DNA of 57,374 nt from Nitrospirota bacterium (GTDB lineage Bacteria; Nitrospirota; Thermodesulfovibrionia; Thermodesulfovibrionales; JdFR-85): contig DROX01000012.1 of NCBI GenBank assembly GCA_011321725.1, positions 1-57,374 of the forward strand, read 5' to 3'. Every line of letters starts with the position of its first letter. Positions within the stretch are counted from its first letter, which is position 1. Below are positions 44,664-53,834 of this stretch, piece after piece. Under the pieces are notes generated by a model. It saw only the letters and a program-made list of their open reading frames with translations. It did not search any database and was not told the origin of the DNA. A program made the position numbers and the translations under genes.

Positions 44664-46703
44664 GTGGATATTGAGAAACTCCTCAGGGTCTTTATTGACG
44701 AGGCAGTAGAACGGATTGGAGAGATTGAGGATGGGCTGCTGGAGATTGAGAAATCCCCACAGGACATGGAACTGATCAATAGCATCTTCAGGGCTGCCCA
44801 TACCATCAAGGGCTCAAGCGGGACCTTCGGTCTATCGGATATATCCAGGTTCACCCACTGCATGGAAGAGATTCTTGATCTCATGCGCAACGGAAAACTT
44901 GTCCCTGAAAAGGAGATAGTCAATACCCTGCTTGAGGCCAATGACATCCTGAAGGAGATGATAGAGACCGTTGCATCAGGCGGAAGCTTTGATTTCTCAA
45001 GATGTGAAGGCCTGGTCAGCAGGATGAAGTCACTTGCAGAGAAAAAAGAACTGAGACAGTTCAAGATCATCTTCATCCCCTCTGCTGACCTCTTCAGGAG
45101 AGGAATAGAACCAACGATAATAATAGAGGACCTCAAGAACATCGGTGAGATTGTGGATATACAGGCATACTCTGACGAGGTTCCCACCCTGTCTGAATTC
45201 AACCCGGAGGAACTGTATCTGAGATGGGATATACTGCTCAGGACAGACAGGGAGGAGTCGGAAATAAAAGAGGTCTTTGAGTTCGTAGAGGATGGAAGCA
45301 AGATAAAGATATTCCCTGTAACTGATGCCGAAAAGGATATCCCCTTCCTTGGACAGATGCTTATCAAGGAGGGTGTGGTAGCACCTGAGGATGTGGATGC
45401 CGCATTGAAGACCCAGAAGAGGCTTGGTGAGATACTTGTTGAGGAGGGCAAGGCCACCTCAGAGGAGATTGAAAGGGTAATTGCGAAACAGAGAAACAGT
45501 AAACAGGAATCCTTCAAAAAATCCATAACCTCAACCATAAGGGTTGACCTGGGGAAGCTTGACCATCTTGTAAACATCGTTGGCGAGATGGTGATTATTC
45601 ATTCCATGTTCCAGCAGTTTATAAACAGCAATGGTAACAGGGAGGCAGAGAAGCTGGATCTGATCTTCAACCAGCTACAGAGGATCGGCAAGGATATCCA
45701 GGAGAGTGTCATGTCCCTGAGGATGTTACCCGTTGGTGAGGTCTTCCACAGATTTACAAGGCTTGTAAGGGAGCTGTCGGAGACAAGGAACAAGGAGATT
45801 GAACTGATAATAACCGGTGAGGAGACAGAGCTTGACAAGGGTGTCCTTGAGAAGATAACAGATCCCCTTGTGCATCTCATTCGTAATGCCATAGATCACG
45901 GTATTGAAGAAACAGAGGAACGGATAGCCAAGGGCAAGCCTGCCAGGGGAAGGATACATCTCAGCGCCTTCCAGCTTGGTGATTCAGTTTACATAGAAGT
46001 GGAGGACGACGGCAGGGGGCTTGACAGGGAAAAGATCCTCAGGAAGGCGCTTTCTGCAGGACTGATCAACTCCGGGGAAGGCCTTACAGACGATCAGATT
46101 TTCAATCTCATATTCCAGCCAGGTTTTTCAACAGCAGAGAAGGTAACGGATATATCCGGCCGTGGTGTGGGCATGGATGTGGTAAAGAAGAATATAGAGT
46201 CCCTCAATGGCAAGATATTTATACGGACAAAACCAGATGCTGGCACGACTATTTCAATAAAGCTTCCCCTCACCCTTGCGATTATAGACGGACTGACGGT
46301 GGGGATCGGTGAGGAGGTCTTTGTGATTCCCATATCCTCAGTTATAGAATCCCTCCGTCCTGAAAGATGCAATGTAAAGACCCTTAACGAAAAGGGAGAG
46401 GTAATAAATGTAAGAGACGAATACATCCCCCTGCTGAGACTCCACGAGATACTTGACATACCGGCCATGAAGATAAAGCCATGGGAGGCGATTGTGGTTG
46501 TCACCTCCCATGAGGATAAAAAATACGGTCTTTTAGTTGATGACCTTATAGGTCAGCAGCAGGTGGTAATAAAGAACCTCGGCAATGCCATGCCAAAGGT
46601 TCGTGACATTGCCGGCGGTACCATCCTTGGTGACGGAAGAGTGGCGCTTGTCCTTGATGTGCCAGGGATTATTGATATAGCCACAAAGGCCTTGATGAAC
46701 TGA
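44664..46703 (+). CDS. cheA: Chemotaxis histidine kinase CheA (Hpt-P2-P3-HATPase-CheW-like)
   Basis: Hpt motif FRAAHTIKGSSGTFG, N-box HLIRNAIDHGIE, G-boxes DDGRGLD and GRGVGMDVV, and a C-terminal CheW-like domain. GTG start. Confidence 0.95.
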   Translation: MDIEKLLRVFIDEAVERIGEIEDGLLEIEKSPQDMELINSIFRAAHTIKGSSGTFGLSDISRFTHCMEEILDLMRNGKLVPEKEIVNTLLEANDILKEMIETVASGGSFDFSRCEGLVSRMKSLAEKKELRQFKIIFIPSADLFRRGIEPTIIIEDLKNIGEIVDIQAYSDEVPTLSEFNPEELYLRWDILLRTDREESEIKEVFEFVEDGSKIKIFPVTDAEKDIPFLGQMLIKEGVVAPEDVDAALKTQKRLGEILVEEGKATSEEIERVIAKQRNSKQESFKKSITSTIRVDLGKLDHLVNIVGEMVIIHSMFQQFINSNGNREAEKLDLIFNQLQRIGKDIQESVMSLRMLPVGEVFHRFTRLVRELSETRNKEIELIITGEETELDKGVLEKITDPLVHLIRNAIDHGIEETEERIAKGKPARGRIHLSAFQLGDSVYIEVEDDGRGLDREKILRKALSAGLINSGEGLTDDQIFNLIFQPGFSTAEKVTDISGRGVGMDVVKKNIESLNGKIFIRTKPDAGTTISIKLPLTLAIIDGLTVGIGEEVFVIPISSVIESLRPERCNVKTLNEKGEVINVRDEYIPLLRLHEILDIPAMKIKPWEAIVVVTSHEDKKYGLLVDDLIGQQQVVIKNLGNAMPKVRDIAGGTILGDGRVALVLDVPGIIDIATKALMN

Positions 46704-46721
46704 GAAAGGAGGAACGGTCCT

Positions 46722-47225
46722 GTGACAGAGACATTAATGGTCAAGGAAAACCAGGGTCAGATTGAGGAGAAGCAACAGTTCGTAACCTTCTATCTGAATG
46801 AGGAGGCATATGCAATTGAGGCCCTGAGTGTACAGGAGATCATAGAACTTACAAACATCACAAAGGTTCCCCACCTGCCCGGGTTTCTCAAGGGTGTTAT
46901 AAACCTCCGTGGAACCATTGTACCTGTGGTTGACCTGAAGATGAAGTTCGGAATGCACTCAGAGGGCTATAAGAAGCATACCTGTGTTATAGTCACCGAG
47001 TTCACAGGTGGTGTTATGGGTCTGATCGTTGATGCTGTGTCTGATGTGCTGGCCATGTCTGAGGAGACAATCTCAGAGCCTCCATCCTTTGGGGCCAGGA
47101 TAAAGACAGAGTTCATCAAGGGTATGGGCAGATTTGGTGATGATCTTGTGATCATCCTTGATGTTGACAGGGTGCTGACTGATGAGGAGGTTTCCGTCCT
47201 GTCAGAGGCCAAAGAGGCACAATAA
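46722..47225 (+). CDS. cheW: Chemotaxis coupling protein CheW
   Basis: 167 aa. FVTFYLNEEAYAIEALSVQEI...INLRGTIVPVVDL is the CheW pattern. The GTG at 46722 has GGAGG 9 nt upstream. An alternative ATG is at 46737. Confidence 0.9.
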   Translation: MTETLMVKENQGQIEEKQQFVTFYLNEEAYAIEALSVQEIIELTNITKVPHLPGFLKGVINLRGTIVPVVDLKMKFGMHSEGYKKHTCVIVTEFTGGVMGLIVDAVSDVLAMSEETISEPPSFGARIKTEFIKGMGRFGDDLVIILDVDRVLTDEEVSVLSEAKEAQ

Positions 47226-47248
47226 ATTTATACAAGGAGGTATAGACA

Positions 47249-48868
47249 ATGAAGATCAGTACACAGTTAAGAGGGATAGTGATTATTCTCCTGGGCTTTG
47301 CCCTTCTGAACACGGTTTATGTCTACTACAACCTGGACAGCATGACCGATGATGGCAGGATTGTAAACTACGCTGGAATCGTGAGGGGCGGTACACAGAG
47401 ACTGGTAAAACTTGAGATGGCCGGGCAACCATCGGACAGCCTTATCAACAAACTTGACAGGATAATCAAGGGGCTTCTCAGTGGTGACAGTGAACTGAAA
47501 CTGCCTACAATCAAGGATGAAAACTACCGCTCCAGGATGGAGGATGTAAGGGACGGCTGGGGAAAACTCAAGGAGATGATCATGAATCTCAGGCAGAATC
47601 CAGCCAGCGGAAAGGATCTTTTAAAAGAGAGCGAGGAGTTTTTCAAGCTGGCAGACAGGGCTGTATCCGCTGCAGAGGAGATTTCAAAAGGCAACGTGAC
47701 CAGTCTTAAGGTGGAACAGATTATCCTCTTTGCCTTCAATCTCCTTATCCTTGCATTCATATGGATAACAAGCCAGAGGAAGATAGCAAGGCCACTATCT
47801 GTGATATCCACAAAAATAAAAGAGATGGCCAACGGAGATCTTACGATTAACATAGATTATTCAGGCAGGGACGAGATAGGCACAATCGCCTCGGACCTCA
47901 ACAGGATGTTGGATAGGATCAGGGGTGTTGTTTCACAGACAAAGGAGGCATCAAACCAGGTATCCATGGCATCGGATCAGCTATCTGAGGCAAATCAGAA
48001 CTTCTCACAGAGGATAACCGAACAGGCGGCATCAATAGAAGAGACATCCTCCACAATGGAGGAGATGGCAGCATCCATAAGACAGACAGCTGAGAATGCA
48101 AGGGAGGCTAACAAGCTTGCCCAGAGCACCAAGACCCTTGCAGAGTCTGGTTCCCAGGTAATGGAGGACACCATAATGGCCATGGATGAGATAAACAAGT
48201 CATCCAGCAAGATAGCCAACATATCAAATGTGATAGAGGAGATCGCCTTCCAGACGAACCTCCTTGCACTGAATGCAGCGGTTGAGGCTGCAAGGGCAGG
48301 CGAGCACGGCAAGGGCTTCGGGGTTGTGGCATCGGAGATACGGAACCTTGCCCAGAGGACAACTGAGTCAGCAAAGGAGATCACAGGTCTGATAGAGGAC
48401 AGTGTGGAGAAGACAGGCCGGGGAGTTCAGCTTGCAGAGGAACTGAGCAAAAAACTGGGAGAGATAGGCACCAGTGTAAAGAAGGTTGCTGACCTGATGG
48501 ACGAGATAGCAGCAGCAGCAGGCGAGCAGGCATCAGGCATAAACCAGGTTAACACAGCCATGTCCCAGATAGAGCAGACAACCCAGCAGAACGCATCCCT
48601 GGTAGAGGAGACCGCAGCCTCGGCTGAGGAACTGGCTGCACAGGCAAGGGAGTTGATGAACCTGATAGCCTTCTTCAAGGTAGAGGAAGGTGCTGGCCTG
48701 GAAAAGGGGAACGGCAAAGGGGCCCAGATCGCAAAGAGAGAGCCCCTGACCGCCACAGCACACAGTGAAAGAGGCGGGTTATTTCATTCCCAGGGGGCTG
48801 AATTAAGCCAGGTGGGCTCCGGTGTAAAGGAAGAAGTGAAGACAAATGGAGATTTTGAAGAGTTTTGA
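47249..48868 (+). CDS. Methyl-accepting chemotaxis protein with a PilJ/NarX-like N-terminal four-helix sensor plus HAMP
   Basis: 539 aa. TM1, then [17 protein letters not shown] (the N.AG..R....QR P-box-like motif), TM2, HAMP ([18 protein letters not shown]) and the tip [38 protein letters not shown]. Confidence 0.9.
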   Translation: MKISTQLRGIVIILLGFALLNTVYVYYNLDSMTDDGRIVNYAGIVRGGTQRLVKLEMAGQPSDSLINKLDRIIKGLLSGDSELKLPTIKDENYRSRMEDVRDGWGKLKEMIMNLRQNPASGKDLLKESEEFFKLADRAVSAAEEISKGNVTSLKVEQIILFAFNLLILAFIWITSQRKIARPLSVISTKIKEMANGDLTINIDYSGRDEIGTIASDLNRMLDRIRGVVSQTKEASNQVSMASDQLSEANQNFSQRITEQAASIEETSSTMEEMAASIRQTAENAREANKLAQSTKTLAESGSQVMEDTIMAMDEINKSSSKIANISNVIEEIAFQTNLLALNAAVEAARAGEHGKGFGVVASEIRNLAQRTTESAKEITGLIEDSVEKTGRGVQLAEELSKKLGEIGTSVKKVADLMDEIAAAAGEQASGINQVNTAMSQIEQTTQQNASLVEETAASAEELAAQARELMNLIAFFKVEEGAGLEKGNGKGAQIAKREPLTATAHSERGGLFHSQGAELSQVGSGVKEEVKTNGDFEEF

Positions 48869-49694
48869 TTTAGAGATCAATGATGAACTCTTCTATCTCT
48901 TTTCTGATCTCATTTACAGGACCTCCGGGATAAAACTGGGTATCCACAAGAAGGGGCTACTTGTTTCAAGGCTTCTCAAGCGGCTTACGCTTCTTGGAAT
49001 AAAGGACTTCCACTGTTATCTCAAGAGGGTGAAAAGTGACAATGAAGAACTGGTACAGATGCTCAACTGTATATCCACGAACACGACAAAGTTCTTCAGA
49101 GAGAAGTACCACTTTGAATATCTCAAGGACAGGGTTATGCCGGAGTTGATACAGTCATGCAGGGATCGGACCATAAGGATATGGAGTGCAGGATGTTCAA
49201 CAGGAGAGGAGCCTTACTCAATTGCCATGACCGTCTTTGAGGCACTGAGAAACATGGGTATGGATGACGGTACCTGGGACATAAAGATACTTGCAACGGA
49301 CATCTCCACAAAGGTGCTGGGTGTCGCAGAGGAGGGGATCTATGAGCTTGAACAACTGCCAGACACCCTGCCAGGGGATATGATAACCAGGTATTTCCTT
49401 AAAGGTGTGGGTAAAAACAGGGGAAGGATCAAGGTGAAGGACTCCCTGAAGGAGGCCATAAGGTTCAGGAGGTTGAACCTCAAGGACAGGACATACCCCT
49501 TTAAAAGAAAGTTTGACGTCATATTCTGCAGAAATGTGATGATCTATTTTGATGAAGATATGAAACAGCACGTTCTCTCAAATTTCCATTACTATCTTTC
49601 CAGTACAGGCTATCTCTTCCTCGGCCATTCAGAGGCGATGCTTGACAGGGAACAGTTCACCCCTGTCTATATAACGGTGTACAGAAAGAGATGA
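48846..49694 (+). CDS. cheR: Chemotaxis protein methyltransferase CheR
   Basis: 282 aa. [26 protein letters not shown] and [10 protein letters not shown] motifs. It overlaps the MCP gene by 23 nt. Confidence 0.9.
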   Translation: MEILKSFDLEINDELFYLFSDLIYRTSGIKLGIHKKGLLVSRLLKRLTLLGIKDFHCYLKRVKSDNEELVQMLNCISTNTTKFFREKYHFEYLKDRVMPELIQSCRDRTIRIWSAGCSTGEEPYSIAMTVFEALRNMGMDDGTWDIKILATDISTKVLGVAEEGIYELEQLPDTLPGDMITRYFLKGVGKNRGRIKVKDSLKEAIRFRRLNLKDRTYPFKRKFDVIFCRNVMIYFDEDMKQHVLSNFHYYLSSTGYLFLGHSEAMLDREQFTPVYITVYRKR

Positions 49695-50203
49695 GAAGGA
49701 TAATCCTGAATATAGGTGATCTTGTTGTCTCAAGGGAGCCCTCCATCATGGAGACGGTTCTTGGCTCCTGCGTCTCTGTCTGTCTCTGGGATGCACATCT
49801 GCGAATTGGTGGGATGAATCATTTTATGCTTCCCCGTATGATGGAAGGGATAAGGGATTCTTCATACTGTGGTGCCGAGTCCACAGAGAAACTGATAATT
49901 TCCATCCTTGAGATGGGCGGCAGTATAAGCAATATCATGGCAAAGATATTCGGGGGTGGGAGGGTTATAAAGGTCTTTGAAAGCCTTGATGTGGGTAGCC
50001 AGAACGTTATGGTGGCAAAGGGGCTTCTCAGGAGATACGGCATCCCCGTAATCAGTGAATACACTGGTGATATATATGGCACAAAGGTCATCTTCTATTC
50101 TGCCACAGGCAGGGTATATGTCAGGAGGATAAAGACAGACACAACAGCCATCATCCTGGATGGTTCTGAAAGATATCCCCAGAGAGGTGAGATGAGATGG
50201 TAG
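49691..50203 (+). CDS. cheD: Chemoreceptor glutamine deamidase CheD
   Basis: 170 aa. The LGSCVSVCLWD active-site Cys region and GGMNHFMLP. ATGA overlap with cheR. Confidence 0.85.
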   Translation: MRRIILNIGDLVVSREPSIMETVLGSCVSVCLWDAHLRIGGMNHFMLPRMMEGIRDSSYCGAESTEKLIISILEMGGSISNIMAKIFGGGRVIKVFESLDVGSQNVMVAKGLLRRYGIPVISEYTGDIYGTKVIFYSATGRVYVRRIKTDTTAIILDGSERYPQRGEMRW

Positions 50204-51237
50204 GTAGAAGGATCAGGGTTCTCATTGTTGACGATTCAGCGGTTATAAGACAGGTACTTACAGAGATACTGGGCCAGGCCGACGATATTGAGGTGGTGGG
50301 TACTGCACAGGACCCTATATTCGCCATGAACAAGATACGGGCTCTCAGGCCTGATGTAATAACCCTTGATGTGGAGATGCCGAGAATGGATGGACTTACC
50401 TTCCTGGAGGAGCTGATGAAGACCAGTCCCATACCCGTGCTTATGGTAAGCGCTTTGACACAGCGTGGGAATGAGACAACCCTCAGGGCCCTTGAGCTCG
50501 GTGCAATAGATTACATACCCAAACCCAGGATTGACATATCAGAAGGGGTTATCAAGCTTGGAGAGGAGATCATCCGGAAGGTGAGGATTGCGGCAAAGGC
50601 AAAGGTAAGGATGCCGGCACAGAAAAAGACCTCCAGCAGGCCACTGCAATCCAGCTTCAGGCTTGAGACCACTGACAGGATAATCGCCATCGGTGCATCA
50701 ACAGGCGGAACACAGGCTGTTACAGAGATAATAACCGCTTTGCCTGAGTCCACCCCTGGCATAGTGATAGTGCAGCATATGCCACCCATGTTTACCCGTT
50801 CATTCGCCGAGAGGCTGAACTCCCTCTCAAGGCTTGATGTAAAGGAGGCATCCACAGGAGACAGGATCATCAGAGGCAGTGTGTTGATTGCGCCTGGCAA
50901 CAAACATATGACAATCAGGCGGAAGGGGGCCATGTATTACACAGAGATAAAAGACGGGCCAATGGTGAACTTTGTCAGACCTTCAGTGGATGTGCTCTTC
51001 AGTTCTGTTGCAAAGTATGTTGGTGGAAATGCTGTAGGTGTGATCCTCACCGGGATGGGCGAAGACGGTGCAAAGGGATTGCTTGAGATGAAGGGTGCAG
51101 GGGCCTTTACCATAGCACAGGATGAGGCAACCTCGGTAGTGTTTGGCATGCCCAGGAGGGCGATTGAGATGGGCGCAGTTAAAAGGGTTGCCCCCCTGGA
51201 GGAGATTCCGGAGATTATATTAGAGAACATTGCTTAG
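50197..51237 (+). CDS. cheB: Chemotaxis response regulator protein-glutamate methylesterase CheB
   Basis: 346 aa. REC (VLIVDDSAVIRQ...VITLDVEMPRMDG) plus the esterase domain (IGASTGGTQA, QHMPPMFT, GMGEDGA). Confidence 0.9.
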   Translation: MVGRRIRVLIVDDSAVIRQVLTEILGQADDIEVVGTAQDPIFAMNKIRALRPDVITLDVEMPRMDGLTFLEELMKTSPIPVLMVSALTQRGNETTLRALELGAIDYIPKPRIDISEGVIKLGEEIIRKVRIAAKAKVRMPAQKKTSSRPLQSSFRLETTDRIIAIGASTGGTQAVTEIITALPESTPGIVIVQHMPPMFTRSFAERLNSLSRLDVKEASTGDRIIRGSVLIAPGNKHMTIRRKGAMYYTEIKDGPMVNFVRPSVDVLFSSVAKYVGGNAVGVILTGMGEDGAKGLLEMKGAGAFTIAQDEATSVVFGMPRRAIEMGAVKRVAPLEEIPEIILENIA

Positions 51238-52199
51238 ATCTCAGGTGGTTTCCGGGCATTCAATGAGAGCTTCCTTATCTTTGCCATGAAGAATCCCCAG
51301 GAATCTATACGGTGGGGATAGACACGGCCAGTATTACTAAGGGAGGGGTCAAACACCATGCCCTTCCAGGTAGTGACACCCTGCTCAATTTTTAACCCCT
51401 TTAGCTTAAAGGGTACAACCTCTGCCCCTTCTCTCTCCTTCAGGAGAAAATCAACAACCATCTCGTTCTCATAGGGGGAATATGTGCATGTTGAATATAC
51501 CATTATACCACCATCTTTAAGGAGATCAAACCCCCTCAGGATCATCTGTTTCTGGTAACGGCTCATTATCTGGGAGCCTTTTTCACTGAAGGGCCTCATC
51601 TTTTCTGCCTCGTCAGAGCGAAGGACTGTCCTGTATCTGCCTTCACCGGTGCATGGTGCATCAAGAAGTACCCTGTCAAACCTCAGCGGTGTTCTGTCGG
51701 GGTATTTTGTCGGGAAGTTCTGCGCCTGGTAGCTTGTTACAACCACATTTGTTGCCCCCAGTCTTTCAATATGAAATTTCAGTATGGAGAGCCTCCGTCT
51801 GTTAAGCTCATTTGCGATCAAGAGGCCCCTGTTCCTCATGATTGCAGATATCTGGGTGGTCTTGCTCCCTGGTGAGGCACACATATCAAGCACCGAGTGT
51901 TCCTCTTCCACATCCAGGATAAGGGGCGGAAGCATGGAACTGAGCCCCTGAAGATGGTAAAACCCGAGGAAATACTCAAGTGTAGCGCCCGGTTTCTCAA
52001 GACCCTCAAAGGCAAAACCATTCTCAACAGGCAAAGGACTCAGCCTGGCCTTATACCTGCCCAGTCTTTCAATAACTACGTCAGAGGTTGTTTTGATCCT
52101 GTTCACCCTTAAATGGGATGGATGGGGCTGATCAAGGCTTTCAAGGAAATCATCAAAATCAGGGATGATCTCTCTATAGATAAGGAAGTGACTTTCCAT
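51234..52199 (-). CDS. RsmB/NOP2/Sun-family RNA cytosine-C5 methyltransferase
   Basis: 321 aa. VLDMCASPGSKTT (SAM binding), DRVLLDAPCTGEG and YSTCT motifs. Its 3' end overlaps convergent cheB by 4 nt. Confidence 0.8.
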   Translation of the reverse strand: MESHFLIYREIIPDFDDFLESLDQPHPSHLRVNRIKTTSDVVIERLGRYKARLSPLPVENGFAFEGLEKPGATLEYFLGFYHLQGLSSMLPPLILDVEEEHSVLDMCASPGSKTTQISAIMRNRGLLIANELNRRRLSILKFHIERLGATNVVVTSYQAQNFPTKYPDRTPLRFDRVLLDAPCTGEGRYRTVLRSDEAEKMRPFSEKGSQIMSRYQKQMILRGFDLLKDGGIMVYSTCTYSPYENEMVVDFLLKEREGAEVVPFKLKGLKIEQGVTTWKGMVFDPSLSNTGRVYPHRIDSWGFFMAKIRKLSLNARKPPEI

Positions 52200-52259
52200 A
52201 TGAATTCAACACAGGCTCAGTGGTGGTGAAGAAGGCCATGTCCTTATGTTTTTGTTTTT

Positions 52260-53093
52260 CTATTTAATGTTCTTCTTTTTATTAATCACCCTATCAATGT
52301 AGTTGATTATATCCCCTGCCCTCAATGCCCCGCTTATGACCCTGCCGTCAGGGAATATAATCGTGGGAGTGCCCGTGATGCCCAGCCTTTCAGCCAATCT
52401 GATATTCTCCTCTATCACATCGGTTTTGCAATCCGGATCAGGAATGGGTTTCTTTTGAAATGCCTGCTCCAACATCTCAATGGAATCGCTACATTGGATA
52501 GCCTTTGCCTTTCTATATGCATCCTTATGGATCTTCAGAGGGAAGAGCTTTATATAGAAGGCAATGTCCTTTCTTTTTTCTACCACATCCTTCAGTTGTT
52601 CATGGAGTTTTGCACAGTAGGGACAGTCAGGATCGTCAAAAACTATGACCTTCTTCTTTGCATCCTTACTGCCCAATATGAGGGAGCCCTCAAGGGGAAT
52701 GGATGAAAAATCCACCTTTGTGAGTTCAATGAATCTCTTTCTCGTAAGGCTCTGTCTCGTGGCTATCCTTATAATCTCTCCCGCAATAATATACTGTTTG
52801 GAGAAGTCTATGTAGGTGATCCCCTTCTTGCCCTTTAGTTTGAAGTCAACCTCCCAGAGGCCCTTTGCAGGGGCCATCTTCACATCAAGTATCTCCACCT
52901 TTGGATCCATCTTTCTGAGTATCTCAAGGGCCTCCTTTTTGGTCATCCTATGGCATTTAAGACAGTCTGTTTCACACCCGCTGAAGGCCTCTGCATGTGA
53001 GGGACCTGAATGGATCCATGAGATGGGCAGAAGACCAGGGGTGAGAACACCTAAGAGAGCCAAAAAAATAGTGAATAAATGCCTTCTGGTCAT
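52260..53093 (-). CDS. DsbC/DsbG-like periplasmic thiol:disulfide isomerase with an N-terminal C-X3-C-X2-CH segment
   Basis: 277 aa with a signal peptide. The thioredoxin-fold active site is DCPYC and the C-terminal TGTPT is a cis-Pro-loop-like region. CETDCLKCH is encoded at 52950-52976. Confidence 0.7.
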   Translation of the reverse strand: MTRRHLFTIFLALLGVLTPGLLPISWIHSGPSHAEAFSGCETDCLKCHRMTKKEALEILRKMDPKVEILDVKMAPAKGLWEVDFKLKGKKGITYIDFSKQYIIAGEIIRIATRQSLTRKRFIELTKVDFSSIPLEGSLILGSKDAKKKVIVFDDPDCPYCAKLHEQLKDVVEKRKDIAFYIKLFPLKIHKDAYRKAKAIQCSDSIEMLEQAFQKKPIPDPDCKTDVIEENIRLAERLGITGTPTIIFPDGRVISGALRAGDIINYIDRVINKKKNIK

Positions 53094-53281
53094 TTTTTCT
53101 TCTCCAGTATGATCTTGTGTTTTATAAGGGATATCTCCTTTATTGTACCCTCAAACTCCTTCTGCTCACCAAAGAGGTTTCTCAGGTATATCCTGTCCCC
53201 TTCGGGTTTGAGGATATCCACGTTTTCAAGATAGAGCCTTTCCTCGCCATCCTCGTATATATAAGCATTTGCCTCGCACAT
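53090..53281 (-). CDS. CooT-family small (putative nickel-binding) protein
   Basis: 63 aa starting MCEANAY (conserved Cys2), with a beta-rich pattern typical of CooT/RNA_bind_2. SD AGGAGG. ATGA overlap with the dsbC-like gene. Confidence 0.6.
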   Translation of the reverse strand: MCEANAYIYEDGEERLYLENVDILKPEGDRIYLRNLFGEQKEFEGTIKEISLIKHKIILEKKK

Positions 53282-53339
53282 AAAAACCTCCTTTCTCCAT
53301 TTCCCTTGAATCGTTAAAACCCTTTGAATTATCAGACTG

Positions 53340-53774
53340 TCAGGGTTTTTGCTCTCTATCGGGGTTTTTCAGCAGCTCCCTCATTGATTCTATCATTTTT
53401 TCAACAAGATGTGGAAGTGGTTCGTGGGTAAGCCCGATTATCTCCACACCCTCCTGGTTAAGGGGAAGAAGTAACTTTTTCGCCCTGCTTGTTGATACAG
53501 CCTCTGCCATCTTTGGGGATAGTTCTCCAAGCATACCGTTTGCAAGGACAATACTCAGGGGACCGATTATGAGGTCCACTCTGTAGGCATTGAAAACTAT
53601 GGCGTTCTCACCAGTGGCACCCTTATTTGCACGGGCCTTCATCATCTGGGATGTGGCAGCGGAGTTGGTTCCAAGGGCAATGATCTCTATCTCATCGCCG
53701 AAGTTCTCTCTCAGTTTTTTGACAATCAGACTTCCGATGCCACCACCCTGTCCATCAATGACGGCTATTTTCAT
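53340..53774 (-). CDS. DUF3842-family protein
   Basis: 144 aa. The N-terminus MKIAVIDGQGGGIGSLIV is the hallmark of DUF3842. Needs HMM confirmation. Confidence 0.55.
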   Translation of the reverse strand: MKIAVIDGQGGGIGSLIVKKLRENFGDEIEIIALGTNSAATSQMMKARANKGATGENAIVFNAYRVDLIIGPLSIVLANGMLGELSPKMAEAVSTSRAKKLLLPLNQEGVEIIGLTHEPLPHLVEKMIESMRELLKNPDREQKP

Positions 53775-53798
53775 AGAGTTAATTTATCAGGAATAATT

Positions 53799-53827
53799 TT
53801 GAAAAGGCAAGTTTTTTCATGTATAAT
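53799..53827 (+). promoter_or_regulatory. Near-consensus sigma-70 promoter TTGAAA-N17-TATAAT placing the TSS on the nadB ATG (leaderless)
   Basis: TTGAAA at 53799-53804, a 17-nt spacer, TATAAT at 53822-53827, then 7 nt (taacatc) to ATG 53835. No SD. Confidence 0.45.
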
Positions 53828-53834
53828 TAACATC

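Noticed and set aside
44552-45577. 341-aa ORF antisense to cheY/cheA, the longest non-annotated ORF in the track
   Set aside because: It lies entirely opposite well-supported che genes and has no SD. The peptide is Ser/Leu/Phe/Ile-rich and low in complexity (SSSS.., ISSS..). This is typical of shadow ORFs produced by the purine-rich (GAR/AAG/GGN) codon bias of the sense strand. No recognisable motif.
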